From: Heptranchias perlo
Lineage: Eukaryota
NCBI RefSeq assembly: GCF_035084215.1
Contig: NC_090328.1
Location: 21,638,001 to 21,702,000 of the forward strand
Reading direction: 5' to 3'
DNA length: 64,000 nucleotides
Shown here: one piece after another, positions 24,800-37,866 of the stretch
Numbering within the stretch: the first letter of the stretch is position 1
Layout of the letters: each line of letters begins with the position of its first letter
Translations under genes and position numbers: made by a program
Notes under the pieces: model-generated
The model's input: the letters and a program-made list of their open reading frames with translations, nothing else
The model's database searches: none
Told to the model about the DNA's origin: nothing

Positions 24800-26385
24800 A
24801 ATGCCGGAAATCCCAAGAAAACTAATATTAAATCGGGGACAGGGACTCGATAAAATTAAGATAAGATTGCCGATGCCCTAACTATAATCTTTCAAAGTTC
24901 TCTAGATTCAAGAACTGTCCCTCTAGATTGGAAAATTGCACATGTCACTCCACTTTTTAAGAAAGGAGAGAGAGGGAAACCGGGGAATTGTAGACCAGTT
25001 AGCCTAACATCTGTTGTGGGGAAATTGCTGGAGTCTATAATTAAGGATAGGGTGACTGAACACCTCGAGAATTTTCAGTTAATCAGGGAGAGCCAGCATG
25101 GATTTGTGAAAGGTAGGTCGTGCCTGACAAACCTAATTGAATTTTTTGAAGAGGTGACTAAAGTAGTGGACAGGGGAATGTCAATGGATGTTATTTATAT
25201 GGACTTCCAGAGGCATTTGATAAGGTCCCACATAAGAGACTGTTAGCTAAGTTAGAAGCCCATGGAATTGAGGGAAAAGTACAGACTTGGTTAGGAAATT
25301 GGCTGAGCGAAAGGCGACAGAGAGTAGGGATAATGGGTAAGTATTCACATTGGCAGGATGTGACTAGTGGAGTCCCGCAGGGATCTGTCTTGGGGCCTTA
25401 ATTATTCACAATATTTATTAACGACTTAGATGAAGGCATAGAAAGACTCATATCTAAGTTTGCCGATGACACAAAGATTGGTGGCATTGTAAGCAGTGTA
25501 GATGAAAACATAAAATTACAAAGGGATATTGATAGATTAGGTGAATGGGCAAAACTGTGGCAAATGGAATTCAATGTAGACAAATGTGAGGTCACCCACT
25601 TTGGATCAAAAAAGGATAGAACAGGGTACTTTCTAAATGGTAAAAAGTTTAAAAACTGGGATGTCCAAAGGGACTTAGGGGTTCAGGTACGTAGATCATT
25701 GAAGTGTCATGAACAGGTGCAGCAAATAATCAATAAGGCTAATGGAATGCTGGCCTTTATATCTAGAGGACTGGGGTACAAGGGGGCAGAAGTTATGCTG
25801 CAGCTATACAAAACCCTGGTTAGACTGCACCTGGAGTACTGTGAGCAGTTCTGGGCACCGCACCGTCGGTAGGGCATATTGGCCTTGGAGGGAGTGCAGC
25901 GTAGGTTTACTAGAATGATACCCGGACTTCAAGGGTTAAGTTACGAGGAGAGATTACACAAATTGGGGTTGTATTCTCTAGAGTTTCGAAGGTTAAGGGG
26001 TGATCTGGTCGAAGTTTGTAATACATTAAGGGGAACAGATAGGGTGGATAGAGAGAAACTATTTCCGCTGGTTGGGGATTCTAGGAGTAGGGGGCACAGT
26101 CTAAAAATTAGAGCCAGACCTTTCAGGAGTGAGATTAGAAAACATTTCTATACACAAAGGGTGGTAGAAGTTTGGAACTCTCTTCCGCAAACGGCAATTG
26201 ATACTAGCTCAATTGCTAAATTTAAATCTGAGATCGATAGCTTTTTGGCAACCAAAGGTATTAAGGGATATGGGCCAAAGGCAGGTATATGGAGTTAGAT
26301 CACAGATCAGCCATGATCTTATCAAATGGCGGAGCAGGCACGATGGGCTGAATGGCCTACTCCTGTTCCTATGTTCCTATGTTCC
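24800..26385 (+). mobile_element. Young 5'-truncated CR1 LINE (RT domain)
   Basis: QHGFVKGRSCLTNL, YMDFQ, KFADDTK; tail gttcctatgttcctatgttcc. Confidence 0.95.
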
Positions 26386-26439
26386 CTTCCTTTAGAAGTG
26401 GTCCGGTGAGTCAACAATTTAAACTCCTCCCTCCTATAC

Positions 26440-26628
26440 TATCCCTTCATTGTCACTGGACCAAAATTCTGGAACTCCCTACCTAACAGCATTGTGGGAG
26501 CATGTTCACCAAACAGATAGCATCAGTTCAAGAAGAAGGTGCATCACCACCTTCTCAAGAGCAACTAGGGATGGGCAATAAATGCTGGCCTTGCCAGCGA
26601 CGCCCACGTACCAAGAATGAATTTTTTA
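26440..26628 (+). mobile_element. Recurrent LINE 3' end / SINE tail (gggatgggcaataaatgctggccttgccagc); also at ~7830-7890, 18540-18630, 21860-21932 (-), 22290-22490 (-) and 49270-49620 (-)
   Basis: The same ~60-180 bp motif occurs at six or more places in both orientations. Confidence 0.7.
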
Positions 26629-28292
26629 ATTCTCGAGATTAGTACCCTAGAAGTCCTTTTTTCAATGTAATCCCTAGCTCCTGAAATTCCCTTTGTAAGA
26701 GCAGCATTTTACACCTACCTATGTCATTGGTTTCCACGTGAACCTTGACCTTAGTTTTCTTCCCTTTCCCTCTTAGGATCTTATTCACCCACTCGGTCAA
26801 GTCCCAAACTCTGGTACCTGGGAAGCAGTATACCATTCAGGACTCCTGGTTATGCTTGCAGAAGATCCTATCACTCCCTCTAACTGGGGAATGTCTTTTG
26901 AAGCTCTCCAAAGCCATTCAGAATTTCTGTCACTCATTTTTATCACTTCCCTTTAACTAACTCCACTCCTTTAAATTTCATTTGCACGCAATTTTCTGTT
27001 CCCACTATCAGTGTTCTCACTGTACTCACCTAAGTCCACACCTGGAACAATGCGAATGGGCTGATCTCGGAAAAGTGGAGTGCAAACAGCACACTTGAGT
27101 CTGTCCAAATCCTGCTTCTAACCATTCGGGTCTAAACTCCACCCATATCGGAAAACCTAGGCTTCTGTGTTCCACGAGTTTTCTGTCATTTGCAAATTTA
27201 AAAAGCCCTTGAGAGAAATTTTGAATAATCTGCTGCTCGGGATTAAGCATCACCTGGGAAGAGGGCAGAAAGGAAAAGATGGGTTGGGGGGGAGGAAAGC
27301 ACATCCCTTATGGAACCCGCCAAATTTTCCATCCATTGACAATGGGTGGAAAATGCAGCCGGTTCTGTGAAGAGTGTGCGAGTTTACCTGCCGGATTTTT
27401 CTTCCAGCACTCGGCTCAAGCGGTAAAGACGAAATTCAAACCCATTATTGATGGGAGTAAATTTTACACAGCCGTGCGCCACCAATGGGGCCTCACACAC
27501 ACCCAGTGCATACGGGATCACCATGGGCACACTGTCTGTAGCTGAGGTTCCGCAAGCAGTGCAGAATCACACAAAATTTACCATAATAGCACTAGGGTTT
27601 GAATTTATGTCAGAACTCTGCAAGGAACAATGGCAATGTTATGTGTCTACTTTCACTGATGTGAAATATCAAAAGGTCTGAGACAAACCAGTTTATATCA
27701 TGTCTCCATTTAATGTGTCCGAAATAGAACTCAGCATCAGCACTTTTCCAGTCATCACTTCTGCTTCTGCTCTTTTTAACGTACACACAGCATTGTCGGA
27801 AGGGACGGGCGATGGCCTCCGTTGCCCTCAGCCAGTAGGAAAGTGGAGTTGAGATAGAAGATCAGCTATGATCTTATTGAATGGCGGAGCAGGCTTGAGG
27901 GGTCGTATGGCCTACTCTTACTCCTGTTCCTATATCTTATGTTCTTATGGTCACAATGAGAATCAATTAATCATGCACTTTCTGTGCTGACATTCATTGT
28001 TAAGGCTTACACATGAATTACGGCTATTCGAATGGGGTACTAGAGGGCAAACCCATCTGTGGAACCCTACCCCAGAAAGGCAGTGAATGACTTCAGGAGT
28101 GAAGTGGAGTGGAGAAATTTTTCGAGGCAAAAAACAGAAATGGGAAAATGATCTTAGTACATCCTAGGCAGGTTCTTCAATGACAAATGCTCTGAATGAC
28201 TTCTTCTCTTTGCTGGCCTTACACTGTCGCTGATTATTAAATCCTTAACAATTTCAGTCCTTTGTGTGAAAGTTAATCTCTCGATCCTGCAG

Positions 28293-28485
28293 GTACATCA
28301 GAGCTGCATTGCTTCCAAGTTCGTGTGACTGCAGCAGCCTGTTCCGCACAAAGGTTCATAGTGTTGCAGAGACTCTCGTCTTCAATGAGGTATTCAGGGT
28401 AGCTATTACCCAAGCTGCTTTACATCAGAAGACACTGCGAGTTGATGTTTGCTCCGTGGGGAAGACACAGTTGGAGGATTGTCTG
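28293..28485 (+). CDS. WWC2: WWC2 coding exon (C2 domain)
   Basis: cctgcag acceptor and ctg|gtgagt donor. YIRAALLPSSCDCSSLFRTKVHSVAETLVFNEVFRVAITQAALHQKTLRVDVCSVGKTQLEDCL. Confidence 0.93.
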
Positions 28486-29479
28486 GTGAGTGAAGAAGAA
28501 GCTTTATTAGGACTATTTCACAGTCATTAAATAATGAAACAAACAGCAGTCTTGTAACAGACTCTTGGAAAGCTCACACAGCAATCTGAGAAGTACTCGA
28601 CAGTTAATATTAAGGTAAAAATAGATTTTTTTTAAACCATCCAGCAATGAGCAACAAGATTACTATAGAACAAGCAGCTGTTTGCTGTCTGTATTTCAAA
28701 ACTAAGCAACATGCTGGTGTTGAAAAGATAATGAGCTCAATTTTACTTGCACTGGAATTTCTTTCCCACTCGTCTGCTGTAACTTCAGAGGAAGCGCTGC
28801 AGAAACCCCGGGAAAACGGCGTAAAAGCACAGCAACAACAGTTGGCTCAGTCAAAACGATGGGTTCTGAAGGTTTTAAAGGTGCGGAGAGATGTGGAGAG
28901 GTTTAGGTCTGGAACTCCAAAGAGTTGGACCGAGGTGACTGAACACCTGCCATCCATGGTGGAAGGCCAGAGTCAGAGGAATGGAGTGCTTAGGATGGGT
29001 TACAGGGCTGGAGGAGGTTACAGAGCTATGGTAATGGGAGGCTATAGAGGGATTTATAGACAAGGAGAAGGATTGTAAATATGATGTTTTGGAGAAGGGG
29101 GAGCCAATGTGGATCACTGAGAATGGGGGTGATGGATGAGCAGGAGTTGGTGCAGCAGAGCTTTGGAAGATGGGAGACCAGCAAAGAAAGCATTGGGGGG
29201 AGTTGAGGCTGGAGATGATGACGGTATGTATCAGAATGTCAACGGTGAAGGGGCTGAGGTAGGAGTGGAAGCAGGCAGTGTTTTGCTGAGTAGTCTGCCA
29301 ATTTTGCATTTTTGCTTTTTTGTCCTGCCAATGCATTCCTTCATTATTCTTGGTTGGGTATTTATTTTTGGCATTCTGAATGTGCTTCATGGTTTACATG
29401 AGGAAGAAGAGTTCATGAGACATTAACGATTTCAGTTGCAAGATCATCTGAGTGTTTGATCTGCGCCCGTCACCACCCC

Positions 29480-30095
29480 AGGACCTGCATTTTACAGCCT
29501 CCACACGTACCTGAACATGTCTTCACTGCCTCCAGTTACACAAGATAGACTGTCACATATTGACAGGAGATTTTTCAGTAAATTGGGAACAGGGACAACC
29601 CTTCCTGTAGAACGGAATATTACTGCTGCATGTTACAGAATTCTTCCAACCTACCAGCGAGAGCATCTATTATATCAGTGCACACCTTATCAAACAAGGA
29701 GTGACTGCTATGTTTGCAAGGAGAAATACCTTCATCATTATTCCTATGGAAAGGAAACATCAGCTGTGCAGAGGGCACAGCTTTCACTGGACGACAGAGT
29801 TCACTTGAGTGCAGGGTGTTGTAGCTGGCATCCATGTGGGCATCAGAACACTTCATATTATCCCCATATGAGGCCTACATGACTGGAAAGGGTTTGCAAA
29901 CAATTGCTGATATCTGACCACAAAAACATCATTACATATGTCAGTGGCCATTATCCAAGAAGCAGCCATGATGCCTTCATTGTGCAGTAGTCCACGGTGC
30001 CTGCATCTGAAAGAGAAGAAGGGTAGATTGCTCTTAGAAGAACAGGGCTATCCTCCGTATTCATGGCTGATGACCCCACATCGAAACCCAAGAGC
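29480..30095 (+). pseudogene. PIF/Harbinger transposase (HARBI1-like DDE nuclease) relic
   Basis: Fragments VQGVVAGIHVGIR, LISDHKNIITYVSGHYPRSSHDAFI and GRLLLEEQGYPPYSWLMTPHRNP occur in the expected order. Confidence 0.8.
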
Positions 30096-30478
30096 ATTGA
30101 GTTACATGGAAACTACAGCACAGAAACAAGCCATTCGGCCCAACAGGTCCAAGCCGGCATTTATGCTCCACATGAGCCTCCTCCCTCCCTACTTCATCTA
30201 ACCCCATCAGGATACCCTTCTATTCCTTTCTCCCTTGTGTGCTTATCTAGCTTCCCCTTAAATGCAGAGGCTGGAAGGCTGAGCATATGTTTGCTGTTTC
30301 ACAGCTAACACTTCCACCTTCAAGAAAAGTGTACCATGCTGCAGTGGCACAATGAAAGAATGTGTGCAAAAGGTTGTGCAAAATGCTTCAAATGGTACCT
30401 CCCAGAGGACATGTCAATTCACATGATTGATGAGCTCCACGGAAGTTTGAGCAAAGTTGAACAGTACAGTTTCCAGTG

Positions 30479-30740
30479 TTTTCCTCCTGATACCAGCAAA
30501 CTTATTCCTCATTTGGCACCAGTACATGGCAGTTGAGTGACCGCATTGAATCAAGTCAGTGACCTCCCTCTATGCAGCTGTTCCCTTTGCTTCTACTGGA
30601 GGGTGTTCTTTGGCCCGAAATAGGGGCACCCTTCTTTGAAGCATCTCTTGCAGCTAGACCTCCAACCCTTCAAAGAGAGCAATGTTGCTCACATATCTCT
30701 GCTGTACCACTACGAACAACTAGTTCATTTTTCTGTCATC
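30479..30740 (-). pseudogene. Myb/SANT-like DNA-binding gene relic of the same Harbinger element
   Basis: With frameshifts reads AA*REVTDL..NAVTQLPCTGA..QMRNKFAGIRRK; convergent with the transposase relic. Confidence 0.55.
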
Positions 30741-31777
30741 GCCACAACTTTTCCCTTTAACAGAGAACTGCAGCCCTTGACGAGCTTTGGCCTCGCTAGA
30801 TTTTCCACTCCCCAGCCCAGTCTTTTCATGTGTCAGCAGCCTATTCAAATCAGGGGAAGGACTCCACTCCGAAAACGGAGCCCTTGTCCTGAACTGGCAG
30901 CATCAATATGCCTTAACCATGGGCTAGCTCAAGCACGTTTTTGCCATTATCAGATAATTGGGGCTATTGTTTAATTGTTCCTCCTTCTGAAGAACAGCAT
31001 TGCCTCCAATACTGGAGCTGAGATCAAGTTTACCAGGTCGAGAAGACTGTATGGGTTTGGCTGTTTTGTGGCACAGTACATTTATATACCAGTGAACTTC
31101 AAGTACATGAGAAGGATCCCAGAAACAATAATTAATATCTCGGCTAGATAAAAGTTATCAACAGTCTAGATTGCAGATTTTCTTTCTCTGTTACTCAGCT
31201 TTAATTGAGGAACATGACAGCAACAAAGCCAAAAGCAAATTGCTGCCCTTTTCTGGGCCTGGCAAAACGAGACATTTCAATTGTGCCCTTCCAAAGAACA
31301 AAAAATATTAAAAGGATTGCTGGCTCAATTTATACTCGCTTTAAGATAAGGTAAATTAACAAAAAAATTATAGTGGATTGCACACAAAATGCAGCATTCT
31401 TGAATCTGGCATGCTATTTACTTTAGACTCCCTATGATTCCAGACAAATTACTGTTGGGTAGCAATTACTTTAAGTCGTATTCCTAATAATTTGGTCAAT
31501 GCCTCAACCAACCAACCAAAATCAGGTTAATTGCTATTTATGCAATTTTCATCCATGCTAAATGGCTGCCGTATTTGCTGACATAATGAGTTATTGTGCT
31601 TGTAAGTAATTCTTTTGAGGCTTTACTGAGAGACATGATAAGACACTATAAAAATACACATCTTTCCTATTTAAAATTCCTGTGTGAAAGAGTTACACAA
31701 ACACACTAACCAAGTTGTTAAAAACAGTGGTCAGACTAATTTCTACCTAGATAATTTTCTGGTTTCTTTTTCTAAAG

Positions 31778-31942
31778 GCTGGAACCCAGATCAGCCTGGC
31801 AGACCTCTCCAGCACCGGTGAGACCTCCACCAGCTGGTACAACATGCTACATTACAAGAGCATGAACATTCATAATCCAAAGAATAAAGCACAAAGTGAG
31901 GACGCCTCACTTACACCTCAGCCTTGCAGCACTATAGACAAG
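31778..31942 (+). CDS. WWC2: WWC2 coding exon (end of C2 domain)
   Basis: tctaaag acceptor and aag|gtaagg donor. AGTQISLADLSSTGETSTSWYNML... Confidence 0.92.
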
Positions 31943-33843
31943 GTAAGGATTATTCAGGGGAGTGAACTAGGTTTGGTAGAACCATTGCATGGAACTGAAC
32001 ACAGAGGTTTGGTTCTTGTTTGGACAAATAACTGGAACTGGAATGCCAAGTCGTAAGAAAGTGGGAGCTGGCAGGAGTAATCCTGTCTTACTAAAGGGCT
32101 CCGACTTACAATTTATTATAGTTCAGCATTGATAATAGACAGACTGTCCTCCCCTTCTGGGTGAAGGAGGAACCCAGTATATCCCTTATATTCCATGTAA
32201 GTCCAGGAGCTTGGTTCGAACCTGAGTTAAGAAGGATGAAGTAAGGCATACAAGTATTTGCGGGTAAGGCAGTGGTCTATTTGCTTAATTCCTTCCTTAT
32301 TTTATTGCACACATCATCCTATTTATAAAGCCTTCCATTCTGACACTGATTCTTGTTGTGGAAATTGCTATGGGTCTGAAATGGGCACCGTACACAGAGC
32401 ATGCGCCCCAACCAGGAGGCCCAAGACCAGCCCAGAATTAGGCTTCGGGCCCTATTAGTATTAGTTGGGTGAGCTGCCAGCGCCAGTCACACCTCCACAG
32501 GCAGCTCGCCTATTTTGAAAAGATGAATTTTGGGCCGTGTGCCTCGCAGGTAGTAAGTCCTGAGAGGAGTTGAGGCAGTAACTGGGGTGAGGTGCAATCT
32601 GGATACTCTGTCGGGGGAGCACCCTTGCTCCTTCTGGCACCACAGGAATGTTTTTTTAAACTTTTTTTTTAAACTAACCTTTTGGTGGTGGCCGCTGCTT
32701 AGGCCCGCAGCGGCCGCTGAAGAATCCCGGGCGAAGCAAGCCTAGCTGCTGCTCCTCTCATTGGTATCAATTTTGGTAGAGGGGGCTTAAAACAGGCATC
32801 AGGCCCTCTTTTACAGATGCTAGGGGCCTAACATCTGAAAAATGGTCCAACCCAATATCGCGTCGGATGTCTTTCATTCGTCCTTTGGGCGCAGGACGTT
32901 GTTTCTCGAAATTGGCCCTTGTTTAAGCCCATAAAACGAGCACAGGGTTGTCCAATTTCTACCTCCTTGGCTCCCTGCTTTATCACGTTGCGTTTGATGC
33001 TCTTTTCAGGACCTGCACTGTTACTTGTTATAATGTACAGAATGCTTGGCCCTCAAAAGTTGTGTTTTAAAGAGAGTGGGCTATATTTGTAGCAAGTGCC
33101 CAAACCACTATTTTTAGAAATGTGGGGGAAGTGGAAACAATCCTAGACCCCTCCTTCTCCCATCCCTCACTTAATATCACTCATGTAATCTAATCAGCCC
33201 CTTTGAGGTTCACACATCCCTAAAGAATGATGTATTTCCTCAATAAACTATGACTCAGTATTTGACCGAATAGTTCAGATGACATTTGGCAAAGTAGGGT
33301 CAACATATGTTGGTCAACAGAGTGGTATTGGAAAACTCACGAGACTCGAACTGATGATTTATCGCCAAATTGTTCAGTAGTCCGTGCGAAATGTTAAAAC
33401 TGAAACCACTTGAAGCATTGAGAGGTTTAACTTCATTATATCACAAGGAGAGGTTTAGCAGGTTATTTGTAGAGCTGGTTATTTGATCAGCTAATTTTAC
33501 TTCCGGCCAAAGCGTTATGAAACTTCAGTTAAATGCCTTGTTGTCTGGTGAATTTGCCTAGCAGGATTTTGTAGATGAAAGTACAAGCGACATTACTAAA
33601 TTATGTATTTGTAATTTAAGTATCACAAGTAATTTCCATGGGCGGAAACTACAGTTAATTATAACCTCTGTTCAGCAGAGACACTGAATGTGCATTCTTT
33701 AGGGGAAACTGAAATGCCTTTGGTGAGTTGTGTCATATGATTTGTTGCTCAAGTATAAAATTCTACTTGAAAGAAAAGAATTCTCTATATTCTGCCTGGA
33801 CTTCTTTCAGTTTTGGTGCCTTTCTTCTCTTTGTATCCAGCAG

Positions 33844-33944
33844 GATGCTGTGTCTGCACTCCTGGAGAGGACATCTGTTGAGCTGCAGGCAGTAGAACAG
33901 GAACTGGCTACAGAGGAAGGGGATGCTGCACCAGGCGAAGACTG
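33844..33944 (+). CDS. WWC2: WWC2 coding exon (alternative start 33841, tandem CAGCAG acceptor)
   Basis: DAVSALLERTSVELQAVEQELATEEGDAAPGED(W); donor tg|gtactg. Confidence 0.88.
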
Positions 33945-34920
33945 GTACTGTAGTCCTTGTGATATTATACAATTTACGTTTTCAATGTAGCATTCTTCTC
34001 TCGTTTGTATAAAAACAGTGACAATGATGTTCCTCTTGAGTTCTGCTGGGCTCTCACCATAACTCCATTGGGAGTCTGGCGAAACGTCCAGCAAACAGGC
34101 AGGGATGCAGGGATCTTTGGGCCTGTGTTACTAACTATTTTGCCTAGGACCACAGTCCCAAGCAGTGTCTTCCTCGAGGCCCACTTTGTAATCCTCCAAA
34201 ATGATGGATGAAACCCAGGCCTGCGTTTGCAATCCACTGTATATTGCGCTCTTGTCTTCTAATGTCCCACCCTGGGCAGGAGCTGCATAAAAACCAGTCA
34301 CTTTTCAGAGGATAGGGGAAAAATGAAACTACAACAGTTTTAATGGAACTATCGGGCCTACAGTTTTAATAGGATGCTTTCACTTGCTCTTTGGATGTTC
34401 GTATTGCTCCTCCTCCTGGTTGACGAGGAAGAGTGGTGGTAGCAACAAGTCTCTGCTCTGGTGACATCCCACAGCTGAGCATGCCATGGATAGAGCTATA
34501 CAGAGCACCGGGTCTGCCAGTGTCACAGGGAAAGAGCAGGTGGGCTGCAAGTGGCCTTCAGGCCACCTTTTAAGCAGCAGTGAAACATACCATGATTAGT
34601 CAACAACTCCATTATTGTTGTACCATGCGACTACCAGGATGGTAGAAGGCGAACTAGATGAACCGTTATCTTTTTTCGTCTAGCAATTCCTAAGTTCCTA
34701 TACATAGAAATACTTAGAAGTTACAACACAGAAACAGGCCATTCAGTCCAACCAGTCCGTGTCATTGTTTACTGTACACGCGAGCAAATAGTTCTAATCA
34801 CATTTCCCTACCCTGTTCCTCAACCCGTCATCCACCTATCCAATCTAACCTTGAATGTTGACAGTGGGTAGAACTAGATGAAGTCCTTGTAAGATTTTTA
34901 TGACTTGTTGCTAAATGCAG

Positions 34921-35098
34921 GCTGGAGATGCTGGTGGAAGATACTGCTGAGGCACAGGAAGAAGGAGATGGCACTGACAAAGAGACAGAGGCGGAAGAGG
35001 ATGCTGCAGAACTGATTGTATCTCAAGAAACACCCCAGAGTATGACTGTTGAAGAAAGTGGTGGTGTGACGGAGTCACAGACAGTGCTGCCAACTCTG
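34921..35098 (+). CDS. WWC2: WWC2 acidic coding exon
   Basis: aatgcag acceptor and ctg|gtaaga donor. (W)LEMLVEDTAEAQEEG...VLPTL; phases fit both neighbours. Confidence 0.87.
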
Positions 35099-36162
35099 GT
35101 AAGAATGTACACCATTATGCACCTCCATTAGAAAGAGAGCCCAATTTTGCGCAGTGCTCTAGCAGTCGTGGCACTGAGCATGTTGGCATTGCATTTATCC
35201 TCTCCTCTCCCCCACACAACAACAAAAATGCATATTTGTTTGTACCTTAGCATGGAATGACACAAGAGCTGCAGTTGTACAATTGAGAAAATTGGGTGGG
35301 GGGAAAGAAAATATAAATTGAAGCTCTTGCAGTAGCAGGCATCCCTGGGCTAGGAGCTCTTGACTATTTGTCTAATTGAGTAAGTGGAATGTCCAGCTGG
35401 CCGGTATATTATTGTGTGCCAGTAAGTTGGCTGAGGAGTGAAGTAAGTAACTCTTGAGAGAAGCTCAAAATGTGCCAGACTTGACAGATCTTGGCATTAA
35501 ACTCTGGCTGATAAAAGCAGGTTTTCACTAAGTGCCTACACCCATAATCCTGGTACACATGCCACTAAATGTTGTAAGACTGGGCATTAGGATGGGTGCC
35601 AATTACCTCAAGGTTTCACTGGGCTCTCCCATCTGTGTCTCATACACTTGCAATGCAGTTTCCACCTCGTTATTAGGTTTTAATGGAAACTGTTCTGAAT
35701 GTAAGGCTGCAGTGAATAACTCAATGCATTTATATTACAAAACTGCTTTGAATTCAAGTGACCCTGTAATAGCTTTGTGCAAGCGGAGTTGTTTGAAAGT
35801 GAGTTGTGACTTTTAATTTCTGCCCACCAAGCCTGACCCTGGGAATGGTCTGTACAGGCCAAAGCTGTGACGACCTCATTGCTGGCATGTGTGGCCAGGC
35901 TGAGTGGCAGCCAACCCTGCTGGAAGCAGCCATTTACAATGCTGCTGCTGCTCTACTGCTTCCGGAGGAGCCTAGGAAAACTGTTTCTTTATGTTGGCTT
36001 AGGCTCTTTCTGAGTTAGTCGCACTGTCTCATTTATCTTAGTGTTTTGCCTGCTTTTAGTAAAGGTAAAGGCAACACTGATGTTTGGTGAACTATTCTTC
36101 GAGCGGTTCTCATAGCTTCCATTGAACAGCAGCTGACAGTGTGTTGCATCCGATGTGCACAG

Positions 36163-36327
36163 GTTGACAAGGAAATGAACACTGAGGAGGCTGTGGTGGA
36201 GTGTGTGGCCGTCAGGCCTAAGGACAGGACCAACCTGAACAACAGGCAAAAGCATTTTGTGAGGAACAGCATGATTGTAAGATCCCAAACCTTTTCTCCA
36301 GGAGAAAGAAACCAGTACATTTGCAGG
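36163..36327 (+). CDS. WWC2: WWC2 coding exon
   Basis: gcacag acceptor and agg|gtaagg donor. VDKEMNTEE...AVRPKDR...IVRSQTFSPGERNQYICR. Confidence 0.94.
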
Positions 36328-37361
36328 GTAAGGAATTCTTCTTTTCTTTTTCACTGTATTGATAGCGATTCACAATTGTTTGATTCATACACAACTCTTT
36401 ATATATAAATTTGTCAAATTCATGATCACGTGCTCCCAGCGGCAAGACACACTTGCAGGGCGCAGCCCATGATTTTCCATCGATAATAGACAGAAATGCA
36501 TAGATTGTGTGCCTGTGATTTCCCGTAATATGTTGCCTCTTTGTGTGTGTGTGTGTGTGTCTCCATGACAGGAGCATGTGTTAGCAGAATATGCTCTAGT
36601 ACAAAGGGCCTTAGCACTAGTACATAGTGCAGATGTGCATATTGTAAAAGTGAGCCCAGTATCACTTTGCTTGCCAGTATGAATACTGAGGAAGATTTAT
36701 ATATAATACTAAATAAACCTATATACCGTGCTGCTGCTGTGTTGCTCCCCATTATAACACCCCTGTCACATACAATCTCAACATTCACTATGATGACTTT
36801 CTTCTGTGTTTTCTTACCTCTTGCTGAACTTGCTGTTTACCATCCCTAGGCACGTTAGAGAATAAACAGATGTTGGTTCATTCACTTGTCCCTCATTGTA
36901 ATGGCGCCACCAATACTGACCAGCGCTGAACAGAAACCATAATTGTGTAGGCCACAGCCGTTTATGGTAGAGTCAAAATAGCAGTAGAATTGAGACAGCA
37001 GTCTAATTAGGGAAGAGAGTTATAATATCATCCTAGGTATATCTGCAAAATGTGTTGAGACTGTACTGGGTCATATAATGGAGCTGGGGGAATGCTCTGA
37101 AGGTTCTGAATAATTTGACAGTGTCAAACTTTGAATCGGTACATCCACAATCAAATTTTTAATCCCTATATTTTAACGAATGTATGCAATTCCACTGTAG
37201 GACTATTATCCTGATTATAGAGGACCCATTAGATGTCTGAAATATTAGTTACATTTAGTAACTTTATATAGCCATTTAGAAGTAAATCAGTATTATATGA
37301 TTAATACACTAAGAATAATTTGGGATAATAATAGATGTTTACAACTTCATTTTGAGAACGG

Positions 37362-37590
37362 GTTGTTGCAGCTGGTTAGCGCACTGTCCTTTCACCCCTG
37401 GGACCTGGGTTTGACTCCAGTCCAGAATGTTGAGATGAAAATCACCTCTCTCTGCTGACTGTCAAGCTTGCAGATGAAATGAGTTTGGGGAGTCTAAATG
37501 CAGATCCCATTGGGCATGGATCCACAACACAAAGCTGTCCTGGAATAAAGTGGCAGTTTCACTCAGTAAGACCAAAAGGATGTCTGGTAT
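37362..37590 (+). mobile_element. LF-SINE-like element
   Basis: cctttcacccctgggacctgggtttgactccagtccag...tgaaatgagtttggggagtct...tccacaacacaaa resembles the recalled LF-SINE 5' half. Confidence 0.6.
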
Positions 37591-37773
37591 ATTCTCCAAT
37601 ATATTTAAGGTCCATCATTAGGACAGAGTAGAGGAATCTTTATTCTAATTCATGCCTTTGCTATACCTGAGTTGGGAGTGCTTGATGCTATCACGTATGT
37701 ATATTTGGATGATGTTCACTGTGGATGTAAGCTACATATTGAGTTTTTATCCCCTTTTTTTCTGTATCAACAG

Positions 37774-37866
37774 TTGAATCGAAGTGACAGTGACAGCTCA
37801 ACATTAGCCAAAAGGTCGCCTTTTGTGCGCAATGCCATGGAACGGCGAAGCTTGCGGGTGAAAAGG
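37774..37866 (+). CDS. WWC2: WWC2 coding exon (region homologous to the aPKC-binding segment of KIBRA)
   Basis: caacag acceptor and agg|gtatgt donor. [31 protein letters not shown]. Confidence 0.94.
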
